Below are positions 44,871 to 54,910 of a stretch of 64,000 bases of DNA, one piece after another. Both the position numbers and the translations under genes were made by a program. A model generated the notes under the pieces. The model searched no databases, was not told the DNA's origin, and saw only the letters and a program-made list of their open reading frames with translations. The DNA lies in assembly GCA_963705485.1 (NCBI GenBank), contig CAVPJT010000004.1, positions 16,200 through 80,199 on the forward strand. The letters run 5' to 3'. Source of the DNA: Ilumatobacteraceae bacterium (GTDB lineage Bacteria; Actinomycetota; Acidimicrobiia; Acidimicrobiales; Ilumatobacteraceae). Positions within the stretch are counted from its first letter, which is position 1. Each line of letters begins with the position of its first letter.

Positions 44871-45842
44871 GTCTGTTGGAACTCCGAGACCTGCGTGTCA
44901 CCTACCGGTCCGAACGGGGCGATGTGCCGGCGGTCCGCGGCGTGCGACCTGACCATCGAACCCGGCCAGACCGTCGGGCTGGCCGGCGAGTCGGGATGTG
45001 GCAAGTCGACGATCGCGGGTGCCGTGCTCAAACTGCTCCCGAGCGACACGCTGGTCGAAGGCTCGGTGCTCCTCGACGGCGAGGACGTGTACGCCATGAA
45101 GCCAGGACGGCTGCGCGCCGTTCGTTGGACCGGTGCGGCCATCGTGTTCCAGGGAGCGCTCCACTCCCTGAATCCGGTGCGGCGGGTCGGTCGCCAGATC
45201 GAAGAGGCGATTCTGCTGCACGCTGCCGACCTCGGGTTGAACCGCACGCAGGCGCGTCAACGCGTGGGCGAGCTCCTCGAGCGGGTGGGCCTGCGGGCCG
45301 AACGGGCACGGGACTATCCCCATCAGATGTCGGGTGGGCAGCGTCAACGTGTCCTGATCGCGCTGGCGCTCGCGTGTGAACCCGACCTCTTGATCGCCGA
45401 TGAACCCACGACCGCGCTCGACGTGATGGTGCAGGCCCAGGTCTTGGCGCTGCTGGCCGAGCTGCAAGCCGACCGGGGCCTGGCACTGCTGTTCATCACG
45501 CACGACCTCTCGGTGCTCAACAGCACGTGTGAACGCCTGGTGGTGATGTACGCCGGACGCGTGGTGGAGGAGGGCCCGAGCCACGAGTTGTTCGCCGATC
45601 CACGGCATCCCTACGGACGGGCGCTGTCCGAGGCGTTTCCCACGATCGGCGACCCGGCCTCGCGGATGCGCCCCAGCGGCCTGCCCGGCGACCCGCCGGA
45701 CCCGGTCTCGCTGCCGCCGGGCTGCGCGTTCCACCCCCGTTGCGACGTGTCGACCGACGAGTGCTCGACCATCGACGTCGCCCTGCGCGATGTGAGCATC
45801 GGTCGGCGAGCGGCGTGCGTCCACGTGGGGGTGACGCTGTGA
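44867..45842 (+). pseudogene. ABC transporter ATP-binding protein (DppD/OppD type), 1 frame switch (~44943)
   Basis: VSLLELRDLRVTYRSERGDVPAVRGV / DLTIEPGQTVGLAGESGCGKST..QMSGGQRQRVLIALAL..LLIADEPTTALD. There is one extra C at the junction. Confidence 0.8.
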
Positions 45843-46837
45843 GCGACCTGCTGCGGCTCAGCGATGTCCATGTCACGTTCCCGGCCGGCTCGAGGCCCGG
45901 GATCGTGCGCGCCGTCGACGGCGTCGACCTCACCGTGCACGCAGGCGAGGTGCTCGCGCTCGTCGGTGAGTCGGGGTGCGGTAAGACGACCTTGATCCGG
46001 TCGGTTCTCGGACTCGAACCGATCGCGTCCGGCACGATCGAGTTCGACGGCGAAGAGGTCACGTTCGGCCGTGGAGTGCTGCGACGCCTCCGCCGCGGCG
46101 TGCAGATGATCTTCCAGGACCCCTCGGGTGCCCTCAACCCGCGCCAGACGATCTACGAGGCCGTCGCCGAGGGCATTCGCATTCACGGAGTGCCCGGCCG
46201 CGAGATCGATCTGGTCGCCGACGCGCTGAGCAGGGCGGGCTTGCGGCCCCCCGAGCGCTACATGTCGCGCTACCCGCACGAGGTGTCCGGCGGCCAGCGC
46301 CAACGTGTGCTGATCGCCGGAGCAATGGTGCTGTCGCCGCGTCTCCTCCTCGCCGATGAACCGGTGGCCTCCCTCGACGCATCCATCCGCGGTGAGGTCC
46401 TCGCACTCATGCGTTCGCTCGTCGACGACGCCGGCATCTCGATTGTCGCAGTCACCCACGATCTCGGCCTTGCGTGGAACATCGCTGATCGCATCGCGGT
46501 GATGTACCTCGGTCGCATCGTCGAGGTCGGCACCGCAGAGGACCTACTCGCCGATCCCCAGCACCCGTACACCAAGGCCTTGCTGTCGGTGGTTCCCGAA
46601 GCCGATCGCATGGACCAGCAGATCCTCGAGGGCGAGACACCGGATCCGGCGGCCATCCCCGGCGGTTGTCGGTTTCACCCGCGCTGTCCGGTGGTTGCGT
46701 CGGGTGAAGCCGAACGCCTCGGAATCGTCGGCCGCTGCACGGGGAGTGACCCGGTGCTGGTCGGCATCGCGCCCGATCGTGCCGTTGCGTGTCACATCGG
46801 CAGGGACCGAGACGTCAATCCGAACGAGCCCGGGTGA
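45839..46837 (+). CDS. ABC transporter ATP-binding protein (DppF/OppF type)
   Basis: LALVGESGCGKTT, EVSGGQRQRVLIAGAM, LLLADEPVASLD and the C-terminal oligopeptide-transporter Cys motif (GCRFHPRCP). Confidence 0.85.
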   Translation: MSDLLRLSDVHVTFPAGSRPGIVRAVDGVDLTVHAGEVLALVGESGCGKTTLIRSVLGLEPIASGTIEFDGEEVTFGRGVLRRLRRGVQMIFQDPSGALNPRQTIYEAVAEGIRIHGVPGREIDLVADALSRAGLRPPERYMSRYPHEVSGGQRQRVLIAGAMVLSPRLLLADEPVASLDASIRGEVLALMRSLVDDAGISIVAVTHDLGLAWNIADRIAVMYLGRIVEVGTAEDLLADPQHPYTKALLSVVPEADRMDQQILEGETPDPAAIPGGCRFHPRCPVVASGEAERLGIVGRCTGSDPVLVGIAPDRAVACHIGRDRDVNPNEPG

Positions 46838-48239
46838 GGCGGTACGTGGCGAGCGCCGCGGTGACCGCCAACAACGCCAGCGTTGCAACCATGCCGACGG
46901 TGGTGACCGCGTGTGGCACGGTGCTGACGGCGCCTGGGTTCCGATCGGCGATGCCGACGGGCTTCGAACCGATCTCGGCGAGCGACGAGACCCAGAGCCA
47001 CAGTGAGACGCTCACCGCGCCCGCTGCCAGTCCGAGGCCGTAACTGCGGACGATCAGCATGCCGATCACGCCGGCGAGCGCGATCAGCCCGACTTGGCCG
47101 AGTCGACCAGCGAAGAACGCCGAGGGCAGGTCACGTGATGGATCGACCGAACGGAAGTTGTCGGCGAAGACGGCGTCGTTGACCGGCACGAGCGGTCCGA
47201 AGGCCAACACGACCATGGCAACGGCGGTGATCGCTGCCACCAGCGGATTGAGCGCTGGCTTTCCGCCGGACCCGATCGAGCGCAACGAGGTGAAGAACAC
47301 GATGAGGCCGACCACGCCGACGCCCACGATCAGCCACCACCCGAGGTCACGCGTGACCCGCAGCGTGAACTGCACCGACGAGGTCCGGGTGATCGATTCG
47401 GAGATCGCGATCGGGAGCTCGGCGAGTCCGATCGACAGTCCGGCCCATCCGGCCAATGCGAGCCCGGCGCCGCCAGCGAGCCCGGCCCCCCAACGGAGTC
47501 CGAAACACGCGAGGAACCCCCCGAGCACCATCACTGCCGCGCCGATGAAGCCGGCCAGGCCCAGGTTCGAGCCGAGTTGTTCGAGCGTCCGTTGACCCGT
47601 GGTGATGCCCGGCGCCGGGCGGGTCGTTCGGATGTCGATGACGTCGGCGACGATCGACATGAGCATGGCGGCGGTGCCGAAGATCGACAGCAGGAAGACC
47701 ACCCGGATCTGGAACGGTTCGCGAGCCACGGGGTATTCGACGAGATCGGGCTGCCCGTCGAACACGGCCGGCATCTCGGCCGTGACCGGCGGGGCCAAGG
47801 CCTCGACCGGCTCGGTCGGGGCTGCCTCGAGGATGCTCGGCTGCGGCAACAGGGCGATCGGTTCGGTGAGGGTGTCGGCCGCCTCCTGCGAGTCGGGCAA
47901 CTCGTCGATCGGCTCGGTCGGTTTGGTGACGTCGAGTGGTTCGGTGGCGTCGGTCGGTTCGGTGACGTCGGTCGGTTCGGTGGCGTCGGTCGGTTCGGTG
48001 ACGTCGAGTGGTTCGGTGACCTCGGCCGTCTCGGTGACCTCGGCCGTCTCGGTCGGCGTGGTGTCTGGTGAGGTGACAGACGGGGTCAACTCGATCGGTT
48101 CGGTCGCTTCGAGCGTGGGGTCGTTGGCATCGACCTCGAGATCTTCGACATCGACCGTATGCGTCGACAGATCGGTGCCGCATTCGTGGCAGAATTTCTG
48201 GTGCTCCGAGACGTCGGTCTCGCAGCGAGGACACCGCAT
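46815..48239 (-). CDS. zinc-ribbon + acidic TEP-repeat linker + polytopic membrane domain protein (function unknown)
   Basis: MRCPRCETDVSEHQKFCHECGTDL, then about 110 aa of acidic T/E/P repeats, then about 8 hydrophobic helices. Confidence 0.65.
   Translation of the reverse strand: MRCPRCETDVSEHQKFCHECGTDLSTHTVDVEDLEVDANDPTLEATEPIELTPSVTSPDTTPTETAEVTETAEVTEPLDVTEPTDATEPTDVTEPTDATEPLDVTKPTEPIDELPDSQEAADTLTEPIALLPQPSILEAAPTEPVEALAPPVTAEMPAVFDGQPDLVEYPVAREPFQIRVVFLLSIFGTAAMLMSIVADVIDIRTTRPAPGITTGQRTLEQLGSNLGLAGFIGAAVMVLGGFLACFGLRWGAGLAGGAGLALAGWAGLSIGLAELPIAISESITRTSSVQFTLRVTRDLGWWLIVGVGVVGLIVFFTSLRSIGSGGKPALNPLVAAITAVAMVVLAFGPLVPVNDAVFADNFRSVDPSRDLPSAFFAGRLGQVGLIALAGVIGMLIVRSYGLGLAAGAVSVSLWLWVSSLAEIGSKPVGIADRNPGAVSTVPHAVTTVGMVATLALLAVTAALATYRLTRARSD
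47925..48050. repeat. 7 x 18-bp tandem repeat (coding, TEPxDx hexapeptides)
   Basis: Units are ggtgacgtcgagtggttc / ggtggcgtcggtcggttc / ggtgacgtcggtcggttc / ggtggcgtcggtcggttc / ggtgacgtcgagtggttc / ggtgacctcggccgtctc x2. Confidence 0.85.
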
Positions 48240-48331
48240 GACACGACTGTAGGAGATCGCGAGGCTGCGACCTCGTCGATCGCGCTGTCCGGCCGGGTGG
48301 CATCGACTCGCTCTCCGGCGACACTGTCGCG

Positions 48332-49255
48332 GTGGCTGGTCGCTTTGCGCCTTCTCCGACCGGGGACTTGCACCTCGGCAACCTCCGGACCGCGGCGATC
48401 GCCTGGTTGGCGGCCCGGTCGCGTCGTGATGACTTCGTTGTCCGCATGGAGGATCTCGATCGCCAGCAGGCGCGCCTCGAGATCGAAGCCGCACAGCTGC
48501 GCGATCTCCAGGCGCTCGGGCTCGACTGGGACGGCGCCGTGGTCCGTCAGAGCGATCGATTCGATCGATACGAGGCAGCCATCGAACAGCTCGCCTCCCG
48601 TGGTCTGGTCTACGAGTGCTTCTGCTCGCGTCGTGAGATCCGTGAGGAGATCGAGGCCGCGTCGAATGCACCGCACGGTCCACCCGGCTCGTATCCGGGC
48701 ACGTGCCGTCGCCTCACGGCGCGCGAGCGGTCGGATCGACGCGACGCCGGCCGACCACCGGCACTCCGCTTGTGCACCGATGGCCAGGAGATCGAGTTCG
48801 CCGACCGTCTCCACGGGGTTGTCACGGGGGTGGTCGACGACGTGGTGCTGCGGCGCAACGATGGCGTCCCGGCCTACAACCTGGCTGTCGTGGTCGACGA
48901 CGACGCCCAAGGGGTGACCGAGGTGGTGCGTGGAGACGACCTGCTCGCCTCGACCGCCCGCCAGATCCACCTGCAGGAACTGCTCGGATTCGCACGACCG
49001 GCGTACGTCCACGTTCCGCTGGTGGTCGACGAACACGGCGAGCGCCTGGCGAAACGACATGGCGTGGCGCTGACGATGACCGATCTCGCAGCGGCCGGCG
49101 TGGACGCCGACGAGGTCGTCGCGTGGATCGCATCGTCGCTCGAGCACGACGGAGCGGGCTCGGCCACCACGCTCCGTGATCTCCTCGACGCATTCGATCC
49201 GGCCGCGGTCCCGCCGAACCCCTGCCCGCTCCCTGCATTCGCGCATTCCGGGTGA
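48332..49255 (+). CDS. gluQ: tRNA glutamyl-Q(34) synthetase (GluQRS)
   Basis: GRFAPSPTGDLHLGNLRTA (HIGH-type), VVRMEDLD, GLVYECFCSRREI..YPGTCR, LRRNDGVPAYNLAVVVDD and GERLAKRHG. It is truncated relative to GltX, as expected for GluQRS. Confidence 0.85.
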   Translation: MAGRFAPSPTGDLHLGNLRTAAIAWLAARSRRDDFVVRMEDLDRQQARLEIEAAQLRDLQALGLDWDGAVVRQSDRFDRYEAAIEQLASRGLVYECFCSRREIREEIEAASNAPHGPPGSYPGTCRRLTARERSDRRDAGRPPALRLCTDGQEIEFADRLHGVVTGVVDDVVLRRNDGVPAYNLAVVVDDDAQGVTEVVRGDDLLASTARQIHLQELLGFARPAYVHVPLVVDEHGERLAKRHGVALTMTDLAAAGVDADEVVAWIASSLEHDGAGSATTLRDLLDAFDPAAVPPNPCPLPAFAHSG

Positions 49256-49319
49256 ATGTCGAGGGAACTTCGCCCAGGTGCGGGCATCACGTCCGACGAG
49301 GCCGGTAGGATCACCGACC

Positions 49320-50264
49320 GTGGTTGAACAGGAGCGCAAGCGGGCGAAGATCGGCACCCTCGTGGTGTTCGGAATCGTCGCGCTCGTCGGCTGCTCCACT
49401 GCGGTCACCAGCGGAACCGGGGCCGACGGCGCCGCCGAAGCACCCGCTGTGGACACCGAAGCGTCGGGATCTGCGCCGACCACGGCTGCGGTGACCACCA
49501 CCACTGCGGCGCCGACCACCACGATCGCGCCGACCACCACAGTCGCGCCGACCACCACGATCGCGCCGACCACGCTGCCGCCCACCACGACTGTGCCGGC
49601 GAACATCATTCCGGTCGGCATCGTCGATCCGCCTCTGCAGGCGGTCGGCACCAACAACGGTCAAGAGGCCGCTCGGATCCAGCAGCGGCTCTTCGAACTC
49701 GGCTTCTGGCTCAGCGCCGCCGATGGCGACTACGGACTGACCACCCGACAGGCCGTCATGGCCTTCGAGAAGTACATGGGCTTCGAGGCCGACGGTCAGG
49801 TCGACCAGCGCACCGCCGATGCACTCACCACGATGACCCTTCGCCCGGTCGCCAGAGCCAACTCGGGCACGCTGGTCGAGGTCGACAAGGCCAAGCAGGT
49901 GATCTTCTTCGTGATCGACGGCCGAACCGAGTGGGTCCTCAACACCTCCACCGGCAACGGTGAGGAGTACACCGAGGAAGACAAGAACACGCCGGGAGAG
50001 ATGATTTCAGGTGTGTCACTCACCCCGAGCGGTTTGCACAACGTCAACCGGGAACGTCCGGAAGGCTGGTGGGAAGGCGACCTCGGTGAGATCTACCGAC
50101 CCAAGTACTTCGTCGGCGGTGTGGCCGTTCACGGGTCGAACAGCATCCCGAACTACCCGGCGTCGCACGGCTGTGTCCGGGTGAGCGTCCCCGCGATGGA
50201 CTGGATCTGGGACAGCGGCATCATGCCGATGCGCACCCCGGTCTGGGTCCACGACGGCGCCTGA
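49320..50264 (+). CDS. L,D-transpeptidase (YkuD) lipoprotein with a peptidoglycan-binding domain
   Basis: A lipobox (IVALVGCSTA), a Thr/Pro-rich linker, PG_binding_1 (IQQRLFELGFWLSAADGDYGLTTRQAVMAFEKYMG) and the catalytic HGSNSIPNYPASHGCVRV. The start is uncertain (GTG 49320). Confidence 0.8.
   Translation: MVEQERKRAKIGTLVVFGIVALVGCSTAVTSGTGADGAAEAPAVDTEASGSAPTTAAVTTTTAAPTTTIAPTTTVAPTTTIAPTTLPPTTTVPANIIPVGIVDPPLQAVGTNNGQEAARIQQRLFELGFWLSAADGDYGLTTRQAVMAFEKYMGFEADGQVDQRTADALTTMTLRPVARANSGTLVEVDKAKQVIFFVIDGRTEWVLNTSTGNGEEYTEEDKNTPGEMISGVSLTPSGLHNVNRERPEGWWEGDLGEIYRPKYFVGGVAVHGSNSIPNYPASHGCVRVSVPAMDWIWDSGIMPMRTPVWVHDGA
49509..49575. repeat. ~3.7 x 18-bp tandem repeat (coding, APTTT(I/V))
   Basis: gcgccgaccaccacgatc / gcgccgaccaccacagtc / gcgccgaccaccacgatc / gcgccgaccacgctg. 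Confidence 0.7.
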
Positions 50265-50307
50265 CTCGCTGGCGGATCTCGCTCGCCGGTCTGTGAGACT
50301 CGGCGTC

Positions 50308-53277
50308 ATGCTCCCCGCCATCGGTGTCATCCGGCCATGGGCCGACCCGCATGTGGTGTCGATCAATCGACTGTCGATGCGACCACCAACCGTTGCTTCG
50401 ACCTCACTCGGTGACGCGCGAGCAGACCGGGTCTCGCCGTGGCGCCGCTCGCTGGATGGTCGCTGGCGGTTCCGCCTGTTCGCCGATCCCGACGCGGTTC
50501 CGGCCGCCGCCGTCGCGAAGCCAGCCGTCGACGCGTCGTGGACGACGGTGAACGTGCCGGGCAACTGGACCCTGCAGGGTGTTGGAGACCTCCCGCAGTA
50601 CACCAACGTGAGGATGCCGTTCGACGGCCCGCCGCCCGGCCTGCCGGATCGCAACCCAACCGGCGTGTACCGCAGGACGATGCAGATCTCCAAGCGGTGG
50701 CTCGGTCGCCAGATCGTGCTCCACATCGGTGGTGCCGAGAGTGCACACGCCCTGTACGTCAACGGTGAGTTCGCCGGCTACGGCACCGACAGCCGCCTCG
50801 CCAGCGAGTACGACGTCACGCCACACGTCCATGCCGGCGCCAACGACGTCGCGATCGTCGTGACGCGGTGGAGCGCCCACAGCTACGTCGAGGACCAGGA
50901 CCAGTGGTGGATGGCCGGGCTCCACCGGACCGTGTCCGTCGAGGCTCGCGGTGCGGTGCACCTTGCATCGCTCGTGTGTGATGCAGGGCTCCGCGGTGCG
51001 GGGACGCCCGACGCCGTCGGCACGCTGGCCGTCGCTGCCACCCTCGACGGGCTCACGCCGCCCGGCCCGGGTTGGCGGGTGCGCTTCGGTGTCGAGACGC
51101 TGCGCGGTCGACGTCTCGGTCGCCCCCAGAGCGTTGATGTGCCCTACCGGTTCGCCACGCCGTACCTCTTCAGCGGGCACACTGCGGCGACATCCTTCGA
51201 GTTCTCGGGCATCTCGGCGTGGTCGGCGGAGTCACCGACGCGGTATCGGGTGACCGCCGAGTTGCTCGACCCCGATGGCGCTGTCGTCGAGGTCCACACC
51301 CAACTGGTCGGCTTCCGCACCGTCGAGGTCCGCAATCGCCAGTTGCTCGTCAACGGCGCACCCGTCTGGATCTTCGGAGTGAACCGACACGACCATCATC
51401 CGACTCGGGGCAAAGCGGTGACGCTCGATGACATGCGCGATGACCTGCTCGCGATGCGACGGCACAACATCACTGCGGTGCGATGCTCGCACTATCCCAA
51501 CGACCCGGGGTTCCTCGACCTGTGCGACGAGATCGGGTTGTACGTCGTCGACGAAGCGAACATCGAGAGTCACGCCTACAACACCAGCCTCTGCGACGAT
51601 GCCCGCTACCGCTCGGCCTGGTTGTCGCGTGGTGCCCGCATGGTCGAACGCGATCGCAACCATCCCAGCGTGATCCTGTGGTCGCTCGGCAACGAGGCTG
51701 GCTATGGCTCGAACCACGACGCGCTGGCGGGATGGATCCGTCGTGCCGACCCGTCGCGCCCACTGCACTACGAGGGCGCGGTGTTCCACGACGGCTGGGC
51801 CGAAGGTGGCACTGCGGCGAGCGACGTGGTGTGTCCGATGTATCCGACGATCGACTCGATCGCCGAGTACGGGCGCAGCGGTGCGGGCTCTCGACCGTTG
51901 ATCATGTGTGAGTACAGCCATGCCATGGGCAACTCGAACGGTTCGCTCGCCGACTACTGGGACGTGATCACCTCCACGCCCGGTTTGCAGGGTGGGTTCA
52001 TCTGGGAGTGGAAGGATCACGGGCTGCTCACCCGCCTGCCGAGCGGCAAACGCGGCTTCGCCTACGGGGGCCAGTTCGGCGACGAACCGAACGACGGCAA
52101 CTTCGTGGCCGACGGCCTGATGTCGTCAGACCTGCACCCGCATCCCGGTGTGCAGGAGATGATGTGGGTGTACCGGCCCGTGGTCGTGTCGCTCGCCGGA
52201 GAAACACTCACCGTCACCAACCGGCGCAGCTTCACCGACCTCTCCGACCTCGCCGGGTCGTGGGAGTTGCTCGTCGGCGGCGAGGTCGTCGCGTCTGGCG
52301 TGCTCGGCGACGACACGGGTGAGACCCCCGTTGTCCCACCAGCGGCCACCGTCGAGTTGCCGCTCCCCTGTGCGATTCCGGACCGCCCCGATGCACATCT
52401 CACGGTCCGTTGGGTCCAGCGTCGCGCCACTGCCTGGGCACCCAAGGGCCACCTCGTCGCCTGGGATCAGCTCACCCTCCAACCCCCCGCCACCCCCGCG
52501 AAACCCCGCAACCACCCGAAAAATCGCGTCAGCGTTGCGCTCAACGCAACGCTGACGCGCCAATTCGGTCGGGAGGGTGATCCGAAGCTCGCATTGTTCC
52601 GGGCACCGACCGACAACGACGGCTTCAAGCTCTTGCCCGAACTCGGTCGCCGGATCGGGGTGGGCGGCGATGGGCTCGGCCATTGGATCGACGCCGGGAT
52701 CGACCAGCGGCCGGCCGACGAGTTCGTCGAGCACGAACACGTCGTCGAGGTACTCGACGACGGTGTGCAGGTCCACACCCATGTCGTGGTGGTGCCCGAT
52801 CAGCTCGACGATGTCGCCCGAGTCGGGGTGACGTTCGAGTTGCGACCGGGATTCGATCGGCTTCGATACTTCGGGCGAGGGCCGTTGGAGAACTATCCGG
52901 ATCGCAATCGCGGGGCCGTGCTCGGCACCTGGGAGTCGGACGTCGACGAGCCGCCGTATCTCGTGCCGCAGGAGTTCGGGTTGCGCACCGATTGTCGCTG
53001 GTTCGAGTTCGTCGACTCAGCGACCGGCACAGTCGTGCGGCTCGACGTCCTCGATCCCACAGCGATGCACGTCTCGGCCACACGCTTCACGACGCAGGAC
53101 TTGTACGCGGCTGGACACGAGACCGACCTGCGCGCCCGCCGGGGTCTGGTGGTCCACGCCGACGTCGCCCATCGCGGGCTCGGCACCGGCAGCTGCGGTC
53201 CCGACGTCCTCGACCGCTACCGCATCAGACCAGGGACGTACCGCTTCTCGTATCGCCTCAGCGCAACGCGCACCTGA
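50308..53277 (+). CDS. lacZ: beta-galactosidase, glycoside hydrolase family 2 (LacZ type)
   Basis: IRPWADPHVVSINRL, NVPGNWTLQG, WSLGNEAGYG (acid/base Glu), MCEYSHAMGNSNG (nucleophile Glu) and a C-terminal small-chain domain. It is intact. The alternative start is 50293. Confidence 0.85.
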   Translation: MLPAIGVIRPWADPHVVSINRLSMRPPTVASTSLGDARADRVSPWRRSLDGRWRFRLFADPDAVPAAAVAKPAVDASWTTVNVPGNWTLQGVGDLPQYTNVRMPFDGPPPGLPDRNPTGVYRRTMQISKRWLGRQIVLHIGGAESAHALYVNGEFAGYGTDSRLASEYDVTPHVHAGANDVAIVVTRWSAHSYVEDQDQWWMAGLHRTVSVEARGAVHLASLVCDAGLRGAGTPDAVGTLAVAATLDGLTPPGPGWRVRFGVETLRGRRLGRPQSVDVPYRFATPYLFSGHTAATSFEFSGISAWSAESPTRYRVTAELLDPDGAVVEVHTQLVGFRTVEVRNRQLLVNGAPVWIFGVNRHDHHPTRGKAVTLDDMRDDLLAMRRHNITAVRCSHYPNDPGFLDLCDEIGLYVVDEANIESHAYNTSLCDDARYRSAWLSRGARMVERDRNHPSVILWSLGNEAGYGSNHDALAGWIRRADPSRPLHYEGAVFHDGWAEGGTAASDVVCPMYPTIDSIAEYGRSGAGSRPLIMCEYSHAMGNSNGSLADYWDVITSTPGLQGGFIWEWKDHGLLTRLPSGKRGFAYGGQFGDEPNDGNFVADGLMSSDLHPHPGVQEMMWVYRPVVVSLAGETLTVTNRRSFTDLSDLAGSWELLVGGEVVASGVLGDDTGETPVVPPAATVELPLPCAIPDRPDAHLTVRWVQRRATAWAPKGHLVAWDQLTLQPPATPAKPRNHPKNRVSVALNATLTRQFGREGDPKLALFRAPTDNDGFKLLPELGRRIGVGGDGLGHWIDAGIDQRPADEFVEHEHVVEVLDDGVQVHTHVVVVPDQLDDVARVGVTFELRPGFDRLRYFGRGPLENYPDRNRGAVLGTWESDVDEPPYLVPQEFGLRTDCRWFEFVDSATGTVVRLDVLDPTAMHVSATRFTTQDLYAAGHETDLRARRGLVVHADVAHRGLGTGSCGPDVLDRYRIRPGTYRFSYRLSATRT

Positions 53278-53302
53278 GCAACACCACCGATGACCACGCA
53301 GG

Positions 53303-53845
53303 TCAGACGCCGGATGTCATCCAGGCGGTGACCAGCGACGCACCGTTCTGATCGTCGGTGACGTTGTCGATGCGGTCGCCGATCCATTCGAACAGGCTGG
53401 CCTGGGCCACCACTTGAAACACGAAGTAGGCCACGAGCAGCACGATCGCGACGATCGCTGCGATGCGGATCCACTTGACGATCCGGTTGGTGTAGTCGGA
53501 CACGAGGGGCACGATGTCGCGCTGCATCTGGCGTGCGCGCTGTGAGAACAGGTCCGCAGCCCGGTCGACTTCGCCGCGAGCAGCGCGCCGGACATCTTCG
53601 ACGATCTGTTGCGAATCGGGTCGGCCGGCACGGTTCGACAGTGCCTGTGTGGCCGCCTCGGCCGACGGCGCCACGTAACGGTGAGCGGCCTCGAACGCCT
53701 CGCGCTGCTCGAACGACAACAGTTCGGCAGCGCTGGGTGGCGAACGCCTGGCATCGGTCCAGTCGAGGCCGTCCCAGTACCGCAGGTTGGTCTGGCTCTC
53801 CGGGTCGGGATACCAACCCGCTCGGGGTGCATCGACGCTGCGCAT
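53303..53845 (-). CDS. DUF2510-domain membrane protein
   Basis: N-terminal GWYPDPESQTNLRYWDGLDWTD and a C-terminal TM helix (IAAIVAIVLLVAYFVFQVV). Confidence 0.7.
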   Translation of the reverse strand: MRSVDAPRAGWYPDPESQTNLRYWDGLDWTDARRSPPSAAELLSFEQREAFEAAHRYVAPSAEAATQALSNRAGRPDSQQIVEDVRRAARGEVDRAADLFSQRARQMQRDIVPLVSDYTNRIVKWIRIAAIVAIVLLVAYFVFQVVAQASLFEWIGDRIDNVTDDQNGASLVTAWMTSGV

Positions 53846-53847
53846 GA

Positions 53848-54885
53848 CTAGCGGCGCGTCTCCGAACGGGCCGGCTCGGGCAGGTCGACGCGTTCGTCGT
53901 CGTCGGGGATCGGCAATCCGTCCTTGGGACGAACCTCGTCGTCGGTGTCGTCGTCACCGCTCGCAGCCGCAAGTGCCGCCACGGTGCCCAACAGGCCGGA
54001 GAATTCGGCCGGGATCACGAGTTTGGTGGCACGCCCGTCGCCGATGCGTTCGAGGGCCTGCAGGTACTCGACGGTCAGCACGCTCTTGTCGGCCTTGGCC
54101 TCCTTGATTCCGGTGAGGCGGGCACGCGCGGCGTTGCCTTCGCCCTGACCGATCAGTTCCAGCTGGAGCTTCTCGGCGCTGGCGCGCAGTTCGATCGCCT
54201 GGGCTTGGCCCTCGGCATCGAGGACGGCGGCCTGCTTGCGACCCTGTGCCGAGAGGACGGCTGCCTGCTGCTCGCCGTCGGCACGTGCGATCGCTGCCTC
54301 CTGATAGCCCTTTGCCTCGGTGACGGTGGCACGACGGTCGCGCTCGGCACGCATCTGGGCGTGCATGGCGGACACGATGTCCGGCGGCGGATCGATCCGC
54401 TGGATCTCGACTCGCACCACCCGCACACCCCACTTGTCGGTGGCGTCGTCGAGCACGTCACGCAGTTGGGTGTTGATCGTGTCGCGGGAGGTGAGCGCAC
54501 GGTCGAGTTCGAGATCGCCGATCAGGTTGCGGAGGTTGGTCTGGGCGAGCTTGGTGAGCGCCATGAAGAAGTCGGCGACGTTGTACACGAGGCGCTGCGG
54601 GTCGGTGGCCTCGTAGTACACGACGGCGTCGACCGACACCACCACGTTGTCGGCGGTGATGACCTCCTGCGGCGGCACGTCGACCACTTGCTCACGCATG
54701 TCGATCAGCTGCATCGTCTCGATGAACGGCAGGATCAGGTTGAGACCTGGGTCACGCGTGGTCTTGTATTTGCCGAGACGTTCGACGAGTCCCCGCTGAT
54801 ACGGGCGCACGATCTTGACAGCGCTGACGAGCACGCCGATGCCGATGAGTGCGACGACGATCAGGACGATGGCAATGGGATTCAC
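53848..54885 (-). CDS. SPFH/band-7 (stomatin/HflK-C-like) protein
   Basis: An N-terminal TM helix, then VKIVRPYQRGLVERLGKY..PGLNLILPFIETM..VITADNVVVSVDAVVYY..VRVVRVEIQRIDPP. A GTG start lies 5 nt after GGGAG. Confidence 0.85.
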   Translation of the reverse strand: MNPIAIVLIVVALIGIGVLVSAVKIVRPYQRGLVERLGKYKTTRDPGLNLILPFIETMQLIDMREQVVDVPPQEVITADNVVVSVDAVVYYEATDPQRLVYNVADFFMALTKLAQTNLRNLIGDLELDRALTSRDTINTQLRDVLDDATDKWGVRVVRVEIQRIDPPPDIVSAMHAQMRAERDRRATVTEAKGYQEAAIARADGEQQAAVLSAQGRKQAAVLDAEGQAQAIELRASAEKLQLELIGQGEGNAARARLTGIKEAKADKSVLTVEYLQALERIGDGRATKLVIPAEFSGLLGTVAALAAASGDDDTDDEVRPKDGLPIPDDDERVDLPEPARSETRR

Positions 54886-54910
54886 GGAAGCTCCCGGCTT
54901 GGTGGTCGGA

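Noticed and set aside
40822-46837. Genomic island integrated at tRNA-Leu
   Set aside because: There is no integrase, recombinase or transposase. I could find no direct repeat of the tRNA 3' end downstream. The opp-type operon has the same composition as its surroundings.
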